Of a stretch of DNA of 64,000 nt, positions 1-10,000 are shown piece after piece (positions within the stretch are counted from its first letter, which is position 1; each line of letters begins with the position of its first letter). The translations under genes were made by a program, and so were the position numbers. Source of the DNA: Bacteroidales bacterium (GTDB lineage Bacteria > Bacteroidota > Bacteroidia > Bacteroidales > P3); assembly GCA_045576855.1 (NCBI GenBank), contig JAZNHG010000035.1, forward strand, positions 1,855-65,854, given 5' to 3'. The notes under the pieces were generated by a model. It searched no databases, was not told where the DNA came from, and worked only from the letters and a program-made list of their open reading frames with translations.

Positions 1-1065
1 CAGTTCGTCACCCGCCCCACCCTGGAGACCGTGAGCGGACATCCACTCTACAGCGACCTCTTCGCCTCGGGCGGCACCGAACATATCTCGCTCAAAGACT
101 GGGCCGACCTGGTAGTGGTGGCCCCCGCCACGGCCAACATCATAGGCAAGGTGGCCTCGGGCATCGCCGACGATGCGCTGAGCACCCTGCTGCTGGCCTG
201 CTCGCAGAAGCCTGTTCTCATGGCTCCAGCCATGAACAGCCTGATGTGGGCCCATCCCGCCGTGCAACGCAACATAGCCCAACTGCAGGCGTGGGGCATC
301 GCCACCGTGGGTCCCGCCGAGGGCGAGCTGGCCTGCGGCGCCAGCGGTCCCGGCCGCATGGCCGAGCCGGAAGAGATAGTCCAGTATGTTGCAACACTGT
401 TGCAACACACCCTCCCCCCCGCACTGCAAGGCCAACGATGGCTGGTCACCGCCGGACCCACCTACGAGCGCATAGACTCGGTACGCTTCATAGGCAACTA
501 CAGCAGCGGCAAGATGGGCTTCGCCCTGGCCGAGGCGCTAGCCACGGCGGGCGCCGACGTAGAGCTCGTCAGCGGACCGACCCACCTTGACAGCAGCCAC
601 CCGCAGGTGCATCTCACCCGCGTGGAGAATGCCCGCGAGATGTATGCCGCCGCCACCGCACTCTTCCCCACCTGCCGCGGGGCCATACTCTCGGCCGCCG
701 TGGCCGACTATCGGCCCGCCACATGTACCGACCACAAGCTGAAGAAGCAGGGCGACGACGGCATGACCCTGGAGCTGGTGCAGAATCCCGACATACTGGC
801 CACCCTGGGCAGCCAGAAGCAAGCGGGACAGCGTCTGGTGGGATTTGCCCTGGAGACCGACCACGAGCTGCAGAACGCACAAGGCAAGCTGCAGCGCAAA
901 CACTTGGATTATATCGTCATGAACTCGCTGCGCGACGCGGGCGCCGGATTTGGCGTAGACACCAACAAGGTGACCATCCTCGGTGCCGACGGCAGCCGCC
1001 TCGACAGCAAACTGATGAGCAAACGGGAGATAGCACAACTGATAGTCAAAACAGTCACAAGTTGA
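1..1065 (+). CDS. coaBC: bifunctional phosphopantothenoylcysteine decarboxylase / phosphopantothenate-cysteine ligase (CoaBC); 5' end lies outside the window
   Basis: The frame is open from the window edge. The translation has a flavoprotein part (VVVAPATANIIGKVASGIADD, PAMN..MW) followed by a CoaB ligase part (NYSSGKMG, AVADYRP, KLKK). The ORF-track start at 31 is only the first in-window GTG. Confidence 0.9.
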   Translation, partial: QFVTRPTLETVSGHPLYSDLFASGGTEHISLKDWADLVVVAPATANIIGKVASGIADDALSTLLLACSQKPVLMAPAMNSLMWAHPAVQRNIAQLQAWGIATVGPAEGELACGASGPGRMAEPEEIVQYVATLLQHTLPPALQGQRWLVTAGPTYERIDSVRFIGNYSSGKMGFALAEALATAGADVELVSGPTHLDSSHPQVHLTRVENAREMYAAATALFPTCRGAILSAAVADYRPATCTDHKLKKQGDDGMTLELVQNPDILATLGSQKQAGQRLVGFALETDHELQNAQGKLQRKHLDYIVMNSLRDAGAGFGVDTNKVTILGADGSRLDSKLMSKREIAQLIVKTVTS

Positions 1066-2036
1066 AGAAGATAAGTATTCTAGCCATCATACTGGCCTCT
1101 CTGGCAATAGCCGGAGAAGCCTTTATTTTTGCCACCCGCAAGGACGAGAGTGACGAGCTGCACCAACGCGCCATACGCGCCGACTACCGCATCTATGCCC
1201 CGGCGCTGCCGGACACGCTGACATTCGCCGGCGAGCGGGTGCCGATGAATCTGTACTATGTGCGCGAGAGCCTGGACCGCGAGCTGGTGAGCAACATGTA
1301 CTACCAGTCGAACACCCTCTTCTACATCAAGCGCGCCACCCGCTTCTTCCCCACCATAGAACGCATACTGCGCGAAGAGGGGGTGCCGGAAGACTTCAAA
1401 TATCTGTGCGTGGCCGAGAGCGGCCTGCAATGCGTCACTTCTCCAGCTGGGGCCCAAGGATACTGGCAGTTCATGAAGACCACCGGGCAGAAATACGGTC
1501 TGGAGGTGACCGACGACGTGGATATGCGCAACCACCTGGAGGCATCGACCCGCGCAGCCTGCCGCTACTTGAAAGACATGAAACGGCGCCTGGGAGGATG
1601 GACCGAGGCTGCGGCAGCCTACAACTGTGGCGAAAACGGACTGGGCAAACGGCTTGCGGGGCAGAAGCAGTCGAGCTACTACGAGCTGCTGCTCAACCAG
1701 GAGACCCAGCGCTACATCTTCCGCATCCTGGCCCTGAAGCTCATCATGCAGCACCCGCAGGACTACGGCTACTACGTGCGCCGCTGCGACACCTACCCCG
1801 AAGTGCCCACCACCGAGGCAGACCTCTCGGGACAGGAGGTGGACCTGGTGGACTTCGCCATTGAGCATGGCACCACCTACAAGGTGCTGCGCTCACTCAA
1901 CCCGTGGCTCAGCTCCAGCACCCTCAAGAACAAAGCCGGAAAGACCTACAAGGTAAAGCTACCGGTCAAGAAAGGGACGGAGTACAACACCATCGTAAAA
2001 GGCAAGCACGACACGACAGTGTTGGAAAGCATCTAG
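1062..2036 (+). CDS. membrane-anchored lytic murein transglycosylase (SLT domain, MltD-like)
   Basis: ORF 723-2036 overlaps coaBC in its first 340 nt. A plausible start is TTG 1062 (TTGA overlap with the coaBC stop), giving the anchor KKISILAIILASLAIAG. SLT motifs are present: CVAESGLQ, AGAQGYWQFM, AAYNCG. The start codon is uncertain. Confidence 0.75.
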   Translation: MKKISILAIILASLAIAGEAFIFATRKDESDELHQRAIRADYRIYAPALPDTLTFAGERVPMNLYYVRESLDRELVSNMYYQSNTLFYIKRATRFFPTIERILREEGVPEDFKYLCVAESGLQCVTSPAGAQGYWQFMKTTGQKYGLEVTDDVDMRNHLEASTRAACRYLKDMKRRLGGWTEAAAAYNCGENGLGKRLAGQKQSSYYELLLNQETQRYIFRILALKLIMQHPQDYGYYVRRCDTYPEVPTTEADLSGQEVDLVDFAIEHGTTYKVLRSLNPWLSSSTLKNKAGKTYKVKLPVKKGTEYNTIVKGKHDTTVLESI

Positions 2037-2038
2037 TA

Positions 2039-2854
2039 TTATTCTACATCGCGCACCAGACGGACTGCAACACCGATGGTGCGGTGGCTATAGCCTAGGC
2101 GTGCCCTTGGGAAGCCATTGTCTTGGTAGAAACGGACTGTGACGCACTCACATAGTGTGGTCGGGTGCGGCGATGCAGTGCGGTAATGTCCCCTAGAATT
2201 TGTGTCATACAGATGGTCATCCATTCTGTAGCCACTGGCAGGAAGGAATACACAACTATCCGGTATCACACCGGGGTGCTCCAACTGCTGCGTGTATCCA
2301 TCGGGGAATATGAGCAGACCGTACTGGCCATTGATACGGACATTCATGTACGAGTTGTAGAGGCAGGTGTCGCCGTCGAAGGTACGCTTGTTGAGCAGAT
2401 AGTCCCACTCCTCGGCTGTGAGAGTGCGCCACCCTTCGCCGAGGGTCGCAATGAGCTGCGGATTGGTGCCATAGTCAATAAAAGGCTCTCGATAGTACAT
2501 CCATGTATTCGCCCCGGCAGTATCTTCGTCGGTCAAGCCCCAGTTTGTATTCTCAGCACTCCAGCGGAAGAGGTCGCAGGTGTCATCGTTATAGACAGAA
2601 AGCACGTCTCCCTGATGCTCGGCGAAACGCCACTGGTGATTGATATACTGAAGGTTGCCTGGGCTGAATCTAACCTTCTGCGAGTCGCTCACCGAGAACA
2701 GCGCTGCCACAAGGGTGTCCGCTTCGACTGTCCCGCCAGGATTATCCGGTCCCGATGGCGTCGGGACAGTGCTGTTTTCTGGCTCGCAGCCTACCGCCAG
2801 TATTGCCGTCAGCAGCACAGCAACCGCATATACCAAAAGACGTTCCTTGCACAT
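2039..2854 (-). CDS. lipoprotein with a FISUMP-like (Fibrobacter succinogenes major paralogous) domain
   Basis: Lipobox LTAILAVGC. C-terminal LPASGYRMDD..YDTNSRGHYRTASP resembles the LPAAGYR..G.YWSS signature of TIGR02145-type domains. Confidence 0.55.
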   Translation of the reverse strand: MCKERLLVYAVAVLLTAILAVGCEPENSTVPTPSGPDNPGGTVEADTLVAALFSVSDSQKVRFSPGNLQYINHQWRFAEHQGDVLSVYNDDTCDLFRWSAENTNWGLTDEDTAGANTWMYYREPFIDYGTNPQLIATLGEGWRTLTAEEWDYLLNKRTFDGDTCLYNSYMNVRINGQYGLLIFPDGYTQQLEHPGVIPDSCVFLPASGYRMDDHLYDTNSRGHYRTASPHPTTLCECVTVRFYQDNGFPRARLGYSHRTIGVAVRLVRDVE

Positions 2855-2937
2855 ATTCTTTTTTTCCAGATAACACTATACAAGGTCCTTTTATTGCACA
2901 GGAAGAACTTTTTTCGCGCAAAGTCGCGGAAAATATG

Positions 2938-2945
2938 TAACTTTG
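2938..2945 (+). promoter_or_regulatory. Bacteroidota-type -7 box TAACTTTG upstream of uvrA
   Basis: Exact match to TAnnTTTG, 26 nt before the uvrA ATG. A TTTC(G) lies about 22 bp upstream in place of the -33 TTTG. Confidence 0.45.
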
Positions 2946-2970
2946 CAATTTGACTAACTGAATCAGCACG

Positions 2971-5814
2971 ATGTCCAACGACAATAGCATCAAGATATTA
3001 GGCGCGCGAGAGCACAACCTTCAGAATATAGACTTGGAGATACCCCGCAACCAACTGGTGGTATTCACCGGGCTGAGCGGCAGCGGCAAGTCGTCTCTTG
3101 CCTTCGACACCATACACGCCGAGGGGCAGCGCCGCTACATGGAAACCTTCTCGGCCTACGCACGCCGATTCATCGGTAACATGGAGCGGCCGGACGTGGA
3201 CCTGATTGAAGGCCTATCGCCTGTAATTGCCATCGAGCAAAAGAGCACCAACAACAACCCGCGTTCCACCGTGGGCACCATCACCGACACCTACGACTTT
3301 TTGCGACTGCTCTACGCCCGCATCGGTAAAGCCTACAGCCTCGATAGTGGCAAACCGATGGTGAAGTACAGCGAAGAGAAGATACTGGACATCATACGCG
3401 AGAGCTACGGCAGCCACGACATCGTGGTGTTGGCCCCGCTGGTGAAACGGCGCAAGGGTCACTACCGCGAGCTCTTCGAGCAGGTAGCCAAGAAAGGCTT
3501 CCTCAAAGTGAGGGTAGACGGAGAAATCAAGGAAATCACCTACAAGATGCAGGTAGACCGCTACAAGGTGCACGACATAGAGCTAGTGGTGGACCGCCTG
3601 CGAGCCAGAGGCAACCAGACACGCCTGCGCGAGGCCGTACAGACCGCTTTCCGTCAGGGCAAAGGCATACTGATGGTGCTGGACAACGACGAGAAAGGCA
3701 GCATACGCTACTTCAGCAAGATGCTGATGGACCCCGACACAGGACTCTCCTACCCCGAACCCGAGCCCAACACCTTCTCGTTCAACTCGCCGTACGGTGC
3801 CTGCCCTCACTGCAACGGACTGGGCGAAGTGGCGCAAATCGACATGAGCAAGCTCATTCCCAACCGAAAGAAGAGCATACGCGACGGCGCCATCGAGGTG
3901 CTGGGCAAGTACTCGCCCACGAACTACGTCTACCGCAAGCTGGAACTGATGGGCAAACACTACGACTTCACACTTGACGACCCTGTGGAGAACCTGAGCG
4001 AGGAGGCCATAAACGCCATACTCTACGGCAGCAACCACTTCACCGGCATCGAAGATCCGGAAGACCCAGGCTACCTGAGCGACTTTCAAGGTATCGTGAA
4101 CTATATCACCTCCCTTTCGTCGGAGGACAGTCCTGCCAGCCTGCAAAAATGGGCTGCCTCGTTCATGAATACTGTGCCCTGCCCCGAATGCCACGGCCAC
4201 AGGTTGAAGGCCGAAAGTCTGGCATTCCGCATCTTGGACAAAAACATCGGCCAGCTGGCCGACATGGATTTGATAGAGCTGCAAGAATGGCTACAGGGAC
4301 TCGAAGCGCAACTTGACGAACGCGATGCCGCTGTAGCTCACGATGTACTGACCGAGATACTGAAACGGCTCAACTTCCTCAACAACGTCGGCGTAGGCTA
4401 CCTCTCCATGAACCGCAGCTCGCGCAGTTTGAGTGGCGGCGAGGCGCAGCGCATACGTCTGGCCACACAGATTGGCTCGCAATTGGTCAATGTGCTCTAT
4501 ATCCTCGACGAGCCCAGCATCGGCCTGCACCAACGCGACAACCAACGCTTGATAGACAGTCTGAAGCAGCTGCGTGACCTGGGGAACTCAGTCATCGTGG
4601 TGGAACACGACCGCGACATGATGATGGCCGCCGACTTTCTGGTCGACATTGGCCCCGGGGCTGGCGTGCATGGCGGCAAAGTGTTGTTTGCTGGCAACAT
4701 AACAGACAAAAAAGAGGCCAAAACGCCATCGCTGACACTACAATATCTGTCCAGGGAGCGAGACATACCCCTGCCCAAACGGCGCAATATCAAAGGCCAT
4801 GAACACATATTATTGCGCGGCTGCACCGGCAACAACCTCCGCGGCGTAGACTTGGACCTGCCACTCGGCATGCTGGTTTGCATCACCGGTGTCAGCGGCA
4901 GCGGCAAATCCACACTCATCGGCGACACCCTCCTACCCATCCTCAGCCAACACTTCTACCATTCAATACGAACTCCGCTGCCCTACCAGTCTATCGAAGG
5001 TATCGAGCATATCGACAAAGTCATCCAGATTGACCAATCACCCATCGGCCGCACACCGCGTTCCAATCCAGCCACCTATGTCGGCCTCTTCGACGACATA
5101 CGGCGCCTCTTCGCAGAATTACCGTCGGCACGTATCCGTGGCTACAAGCCCGGCCGCTTCAGTTTCAACGTCAGCGGGGGACGATGCGAGCATTGCAAAG
5201 GTGCCGGTTTGCGTACCATCGAGATGAACTTTCTGCCCGATGTCTATGTGCAATGCGAGGTATGCGGTGGCAAACGATACAACCGCGAGACATTGGAAAT
5301 ACGCTACAAGGGGAAGTCTATCGCCGATGTGCTGGACATGACCATCGACGAGGCTGTAGACTTCTTCGAGAGCATGCCTAAACTGTACCGCAAACTGAAA
5401 ACCCTGCAGGACGTGGGACTGGGATATATCACCCTGGGGCAACAGAGTACCACCCTAAGCGGTGGCGAGGCTCAACGCGTAAAACTGGGCGCCGAACTCA
5501 GCAAAAGCGATACCGGCCGCACCCTGTACGTACTGGATGAACCCACCACCGGACTGCACTTCGAAGACATTCGCATCCTGCTGGGCGTACTGCAAAAACT
5601 GGTCGACAAAGGGAATTCTGTGCTGATTATCGAGCACAACATGGATGTCATCAAGGTGGCCGACTGGATTATCGACCTAGGTCCTGACGGTGGACGCGCC
5701 GGTGGACAAATCACATTCTGTGGGACACCCGAACAGCTGGCCCGTCAGAAAAACAACTTCACCGGCATATACCTAAAAGAAGAACTTGACGCCATGCAGA
5801 AGGTCAACGCATAA
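2971..5814 (+). CDS. uvrA: excinuclease ABC subunit A
   Basis: 947 aa. Two ABC ATPase modules (GLSGSGKSSLAF, GVSGSGKSTL, LSGGEAQR twice) and zinc-finger cysteines (CPHCNG, CPECHG, CEHCKG..CEVCGG). Confidence 0.97.
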   Translation: MSNDNSIKILGAREHNLQNIDLEIPRNQLVVFTGLSGSGKSSLAFDTIHAEGQRRYMETFSAYARRFIGNMERPDVDLIEGLSPVIAIEQKSTNNNPRSTVGTITDTYDFLRLLYARIGKAYSLDSGKPMVKYSEEKILDIIRESYGSHDIVVLAPLVKRRKGHYRELFEQVAKKGFLKVRVDGEIKEITYKMQVDRYKVHDIELVVDRLRARGNQTRLREAVQTAFRQGKGILMVLDNDEKGSIRYFSKMLMDPDTGLSYPEPEPNTFSFNSPYGACPHCNGLGEVAQIDMSKLIPNRKKSIRDGAIEVLGKYSPTNYVYRKLELMGKHYDFTLDDPVENLSEEAINAILYGSNHFTGIEDPEDPGYLSDFQGIVNYITSLSSEDSPASLQKWAASFMNTVPCPECHGHRLKAESLAFRILDKNIGQLADMDLIELQEWLQGLEAQLDERDAAVAHDVLTEILKRLNFLNNVGVGYLSMNRSSRSLSGGEAQRIRLATQIGSQLVNVLYILDEPSIGLHQRDNQRLIDSLKQLRDLGNSVIVVEHDRDMMMAADFLVDIGPGAGVHGGKVLFAGNITDKKEAKTPSLTLQYLSRERDIPLPKRRNIKGHEHILLRGCTGNNLRGVDLDLPLGMLVCITGVSGSGKSTLIGDTLLPILSQHFYHSIRTPLPYQSIEGIEHIDKVIQIDQSPIGRTPRSNPATYVGLFDDIRRLFAELPSARIRGYKPGRFSFNVSGGRCEHCKGAGLRTIEMNFLPDVYVQCEVCGGKRYNRETLEIRYKGKSIADVLDMTIDEAVDFFESMPKLYRKLKTLQDVGLGYITLGQQSTTLSGGEAQRVKLGAELSKSDTGRTLYVLDEPTTGLHFEDIRILLGVLQKLVDKGNSVLIIEHNMDVIKVADWIIDLGPDGGRAGGQITFCGTPEQLARQKNNFTGIYLKEELDAMQKVNA

Positions 5815-6196
5815 GCCATTGGCGCACCTCGTCTGGTATCACCTCTGACGAGGAGGTGCTACGACGATAGCCAGCCATAACCGTGCGGCATTCGACACAA
5901 ACATCGCCAGTATCGATGTCCACCACCTGCTGAACAACGGTGAGGCTCTTGTTTCCAAAACGTTCTATCTCGGTAGTGACATGGATCCTATCATGGTAAT
6001 GTATCTGCCGCTTGAAGTCTACATCATAGTGAACCACCATAACGGTAAAATCGCTCTTGACAGGAGAAAGTCCGCGAGATGAGAAGAATGCATCCTTGCC
6101 AAGGTCGAGATATTCCATGATGACAGCATTGTTGACGTGTCCCATCTGGTCGACATCATTGAAACGTATTTGTATTGGAATAGAGTGTATGCTCAT
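5804..6196 (-). CDS. acyl-CoA thioesterase, 4HBT/YbgC-like hot-dog fold
   Basis: 130 aa. The N-terminal IQIRFNDVDQMGHVNNAV is typical of the 4HBT family. It lies 10 nt downstream of the histidine kinase gene on the same strand. Confidence 0.75.
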   Translation of the reverse strand: MSIHSIPIQIRFNDVDQMGHVNNAVIMEYLDLGKDAFFSSRGLSPVKSDFTVMVVHYDVDFKRQIHYHDRIHVTTEIERFGNKSLTVVQQVVDIDTGDVCVECRTVMAGYRRSTSSSEVIPDEVRQWLMR

Positions 6197-6206
6197 AATT
6201 GCGTAT

Positions 6207-7058
6207 TCAATTCTTTTTTAGTGAAAGGAAGTATTCGAGACCACCTTGCGGACGATTCTTGGCATAAATCTCTCCATTATGGAATAGCACAGCATGCTTA
6301 ACAATAGAGAGTCCGAGCCCAGTGCCACCATTACGACGAGAACGACCGCTGTCGATACGTACGAAACGATCGAAAAGGCGGGCCAGGTATTCGTCAGGCA
6401 CGCCGACTCCGTCGTCATAATAATGAATATAATAGTACGAATCTGGCGGGTTCAATCGTGTAGGGTGGTAAGTGGATATGACAATCTGACAGCCTTCGCC
6501 GGCATGAGTGATCGAGTTTTCGATGAGATTGCGGAAGATACAATAGAGCAACTCATGATTGCCCAAAATGGGCATCGCATCGGACAAACGGTTATCTATC
6601 GTAATGGAGGCAGACTGGGCTCTGTCAGCGAGTTCATCTATAGCTTCACCGACCACAGCTACCACATCCACCTCGGCGCGAGGAAAGAGGTCTGCACTCT
6701 CCTCCAGCTTGTTGATTATTGAGACATCGCGTATAAGGTCTGTGAGACGCAGCGTCTGGCTATAGCAACGCTCCAAATAATAACGGCGTCGCTCGTCATC
6801 GACAGGATGGGGGCCTAGCAGCGTTTCCAGGTAGCCGCGAATGGAACTGACCGGCGTCTTCAACTCATGCGCTATATTGGATGTCAGTTCCTGCTTTAGC
6901 TGGCGGTTGCGCTGCCAAGCCGCTTCAGCATCCAACCTAAGACGGGTCGATTCGTCAGCCAACTGCCGCAGGCGCCGGTTCTTGCGCATCAAGCGAATAT
7001 AGAGCACCAGCACAGCCGCCACCGCAGCCAGCAATACCCAATCTGACAAATCCATCAT
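6207..7058 (-). CDS. sensor histidine kinase with one N-terminal TM helix and no recognisable sensor domain
   Basis: 283 aa. H-box NIAHELKTPVSSIRGY, N-box FRNLIENSITHAG, G-boxes YDDGVGVP and GGTGLGLSIV. Only about 5 residues precede the single TM segment. Confidence 0.85.
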   Translation of the reverse strand: MMDLSDWVLLAAVAAVLVLYIRLMRKNRRLRQLADESTRLRLDAEAAWQRNRQLKQELTSNIAHELKTPVSSIRGYLETLLGPHPVDDERRRYYLERCYSQTLRLTDLIRDVSIINKLEESADLFPRAEVDVVAVVGEAIDELADRAQSASITIDNRLSDAMPILGNHELLYCIFRNLIENSITHAGEGCQIVISTYHPTRLNPPDSYYYIHYYDDGVGVPDEYLARLFDRFVRIDSGRSRRNGGTGLGLSIVKHAVLFHNGEIYAKNRPQGGLEYFLSLKKN

Positions 7059-7081
7059 ACGCAGCCTCTTCTTTTGACAGT

Positions 7082-10000
7082 TTAGCGCACTACTTCGATA
7101 ACGCCGTTACGTTTGACAAGTCCGTACTGTCCCTGTGCCATGAATCGATAATAGTAGGTACCATCAGGACTACGAGTATCCAACGGATTCCAGAACTGGT
7201 CTTCCCGGCGAATATTCTTCACGTGATAAACCAAAGCTCCCGTGCGGTCGTATATCCACAACTCGTTCATCGAATAGTTACCCATCTCCAACAGATTGAC
7301 CACACGCCAAGTATCATTGGTTCCATCGCCATTGGGGCTAACAAGATTGGGAAACTGCAAATAGTCATTGGTGATGGTAACCACGTGTTCAACAGAGTCG
7401 ATACACGTGTGGGTGAAGGTTTCGTATAGCCAGACATTGCGTAACGTGCTATCAATCCAGTCGACACTATCGACCCTGAAGGCTGGCACTGTGTGGGACC
7501 AGAAAGAGAGTAGACGCACCGTATATTCACCCGCCATATTGTCACCAGCTTCTCCCCATCGGTAGAGGGGCGCCACCTCGGAGGTAGTGTCGAACATTCC
7601 ACCCTCTTGCTGCTGGATACGCCACAGGTAGTCCACCGTGTCGGGCCACGTGAGATTGACAAACTGCGTTTCCGGATTGTGCATAGCCGGCACATCGGGG
7701 TCGGTATGGAAATCAGGTATAGCGCTTTGGAGGACGAACAAAGGCCAGCTGAGCGTATCATAGCATCCTATAATATCAGTGACGACCAACGACAAGTAAG
7801 CAGTCATAGCATCTTGGCCCTCCTCGAAACGGTACGAGAAGAAAGTATCGGCCGAAGCCACCACAGTGTCGCGCATGAAGAGTTGCCAGCTGTGTGCGAC
7901 GGCGCCCTCGATGCTGTCGCGTATCTCAAGCAGCGTGGGGTCGCAGCTCTTCAGCACACTGTCGGGCTCTTGCCAATCGGTGCTGTCGAAACGGTAGAGC
8001 ACACTGAGATGGTAATTGCTGTCGCGAGCAATCAAACTGACATGTACCAAGCTGTCACAATTTTGCCGGGTGGGCAGCAATTCATCAAATACGACGGGTC
8101 CACCATAGTCTACACCGCGGTAAAGATACGGATAGCCCGGACAGATATAGATGCTATCGTTCACCTCGCTAGAGTAGTTAACAGTCAACGCAAGACGCAA
8201 CGTACTGTCGCAGTATACGCTATTGAGGCCCACTGGAGCCGTAAGTGTATCGGAGGTATAATAGACCCCACCGTGCCAACTGATACTATCGCATACCACA
8301 GCCACGGTGTCGGCCAACGAGGTGGGACGCACGCTGAGTTGCAGTACATTGATGCTATCACACGTCTCATTCGGGATAGGAACGATATGATAATACTCAC
8401 CCGCATCGGTGTACGGCTGCCCGTAGTAGAGGTAGGACTGGTTGTCACAGATGGAAACCACGGTAGTATCACTCGGGGCCATGCCGGCTGGCAATGTGAG
8501 AGTAAGTGTCATGACGGCAGTGTCTTGACATTCATCAAGCGCAATGCCACTGATAAGACGCACGGTATAAGTGCCTGGATGCGTATATACGGCATAGCCG
8601 TGGTAGTTAACCGAAGTCGTCCCATTACCGTAATCCCAATATGCCGATTCGCAATGTTCGCCCGAAAGCGGCGTCACGCCGTCGTTGCTGACACCGCTGG
8701 TATTGGTAAACGAGACATAAAAACGGCAACTATCAACCGTCATACTCGTGTCGAACGACGCCATAGGATAGCGGGTGCCACCATAAGCGCTGATGACGAA
8801 ATGACAATTAGGATTGTCCAACTTGGACACATCGCAGTAGTAGGTGATATCCTGACTGGGAACCGTGATGCTTTGACTGGTGCTGACGGTAGCGCCAGAC
8901 TGCGAAGTGTACCAGCGATAGTGGAACCCTTCGGGGGCGCTCAATGTGTTGCTGTCCACATCGCCGCAGGAGACGGTATTCATATTCTTACGCATACACT
9001 CAAGCGTAAAGTAGGCATAGCCGTAATGCGAACCCTCATTGCAGTCATACGTGGTCAAGCGGAAATAGACCTGCTCGCCGGCATGGGCCGACAAATCGAC
9101 GCCCACAGCGGTCCAGTCTTTCCACAGCACGCCATCTTCGGCCGTGTTCCAACCCAGACTCTGGTCTGCAATAAAGTCGGCACTGGTGCAGGCCGAGTCG
9201 ATGATATTGTAGTTGGTATCCAGCAGTTCCATACGGAAACGGGGCTGGTCCGAAGGTGCATGCATGGGATCCTGTAGCACAGCGGCATAGCGCAGCAGCA
9301 ACAATTCGAAGCTGCTGGTATCCACAAAGAGGCTGTAGATGACACCCTCGGCCTCGGGAGTATAGGCATTGGTACTCCAGTTGCCCAAACGCACACTACT
9401 GGTATAGCCGACCGGAATAGTACGCAACAGATTGCCCGTTCGGGGGTCACGCTGAGCCGTGTCGTAACACACGGTGTGGCGGCTATCGGGATGCTGCGAC
9501 CCGTAGTTGACAGCACCGGCATGGGCATAGGGGTTACGGTAGCTGCCCGAGAAGAATACCGCCTGAGGCGAAGCCATGTCCGTGGGGTTCACACAGCCCG
9601 TGCCGGGCGCAGGCGTGACCACAGAAAGGCTGTCGCGGTAGTTGGTTGAGCAGTAACCCGTGTCCGTGGCACTGCATTCACTCTCGAAACGGAACGTATA
9701 ATAATGCAACGTTGTCAATGGTTCTATGTGGAGCGGCGGCTCGGCATTATTGAACACCTGACTGACCTGACCGTCGTCAATGACCGAAACGGTCACATTG
9801 GGATTGCCCACATGACTCCATGTGAGGTCTATACTATTGTTGGTCAAACGCTGCACGGTGAAGTCGAATGCAGCACATGAAGTAACATAGACATCATCGA
9901 CATAGATAGAGCGCCCACCGGCCTGACGGTTGCTGCGGGCTCTGAGTGCGATGAAGTGTGCATCGTCGGGAGCAGCGCTGAATTCCACCAGCCCGTGTTG

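Noticed and set aside
723-1061. The upstream part of ORF 723-2036 as the N-terminus of the transglycosylase.
   Set aside because: It lies entirely within the coaBC coding region in another frame and translates to Arg/Gly/Pro-rich sequence. A membrane anchor begins at the TTG at 1062.
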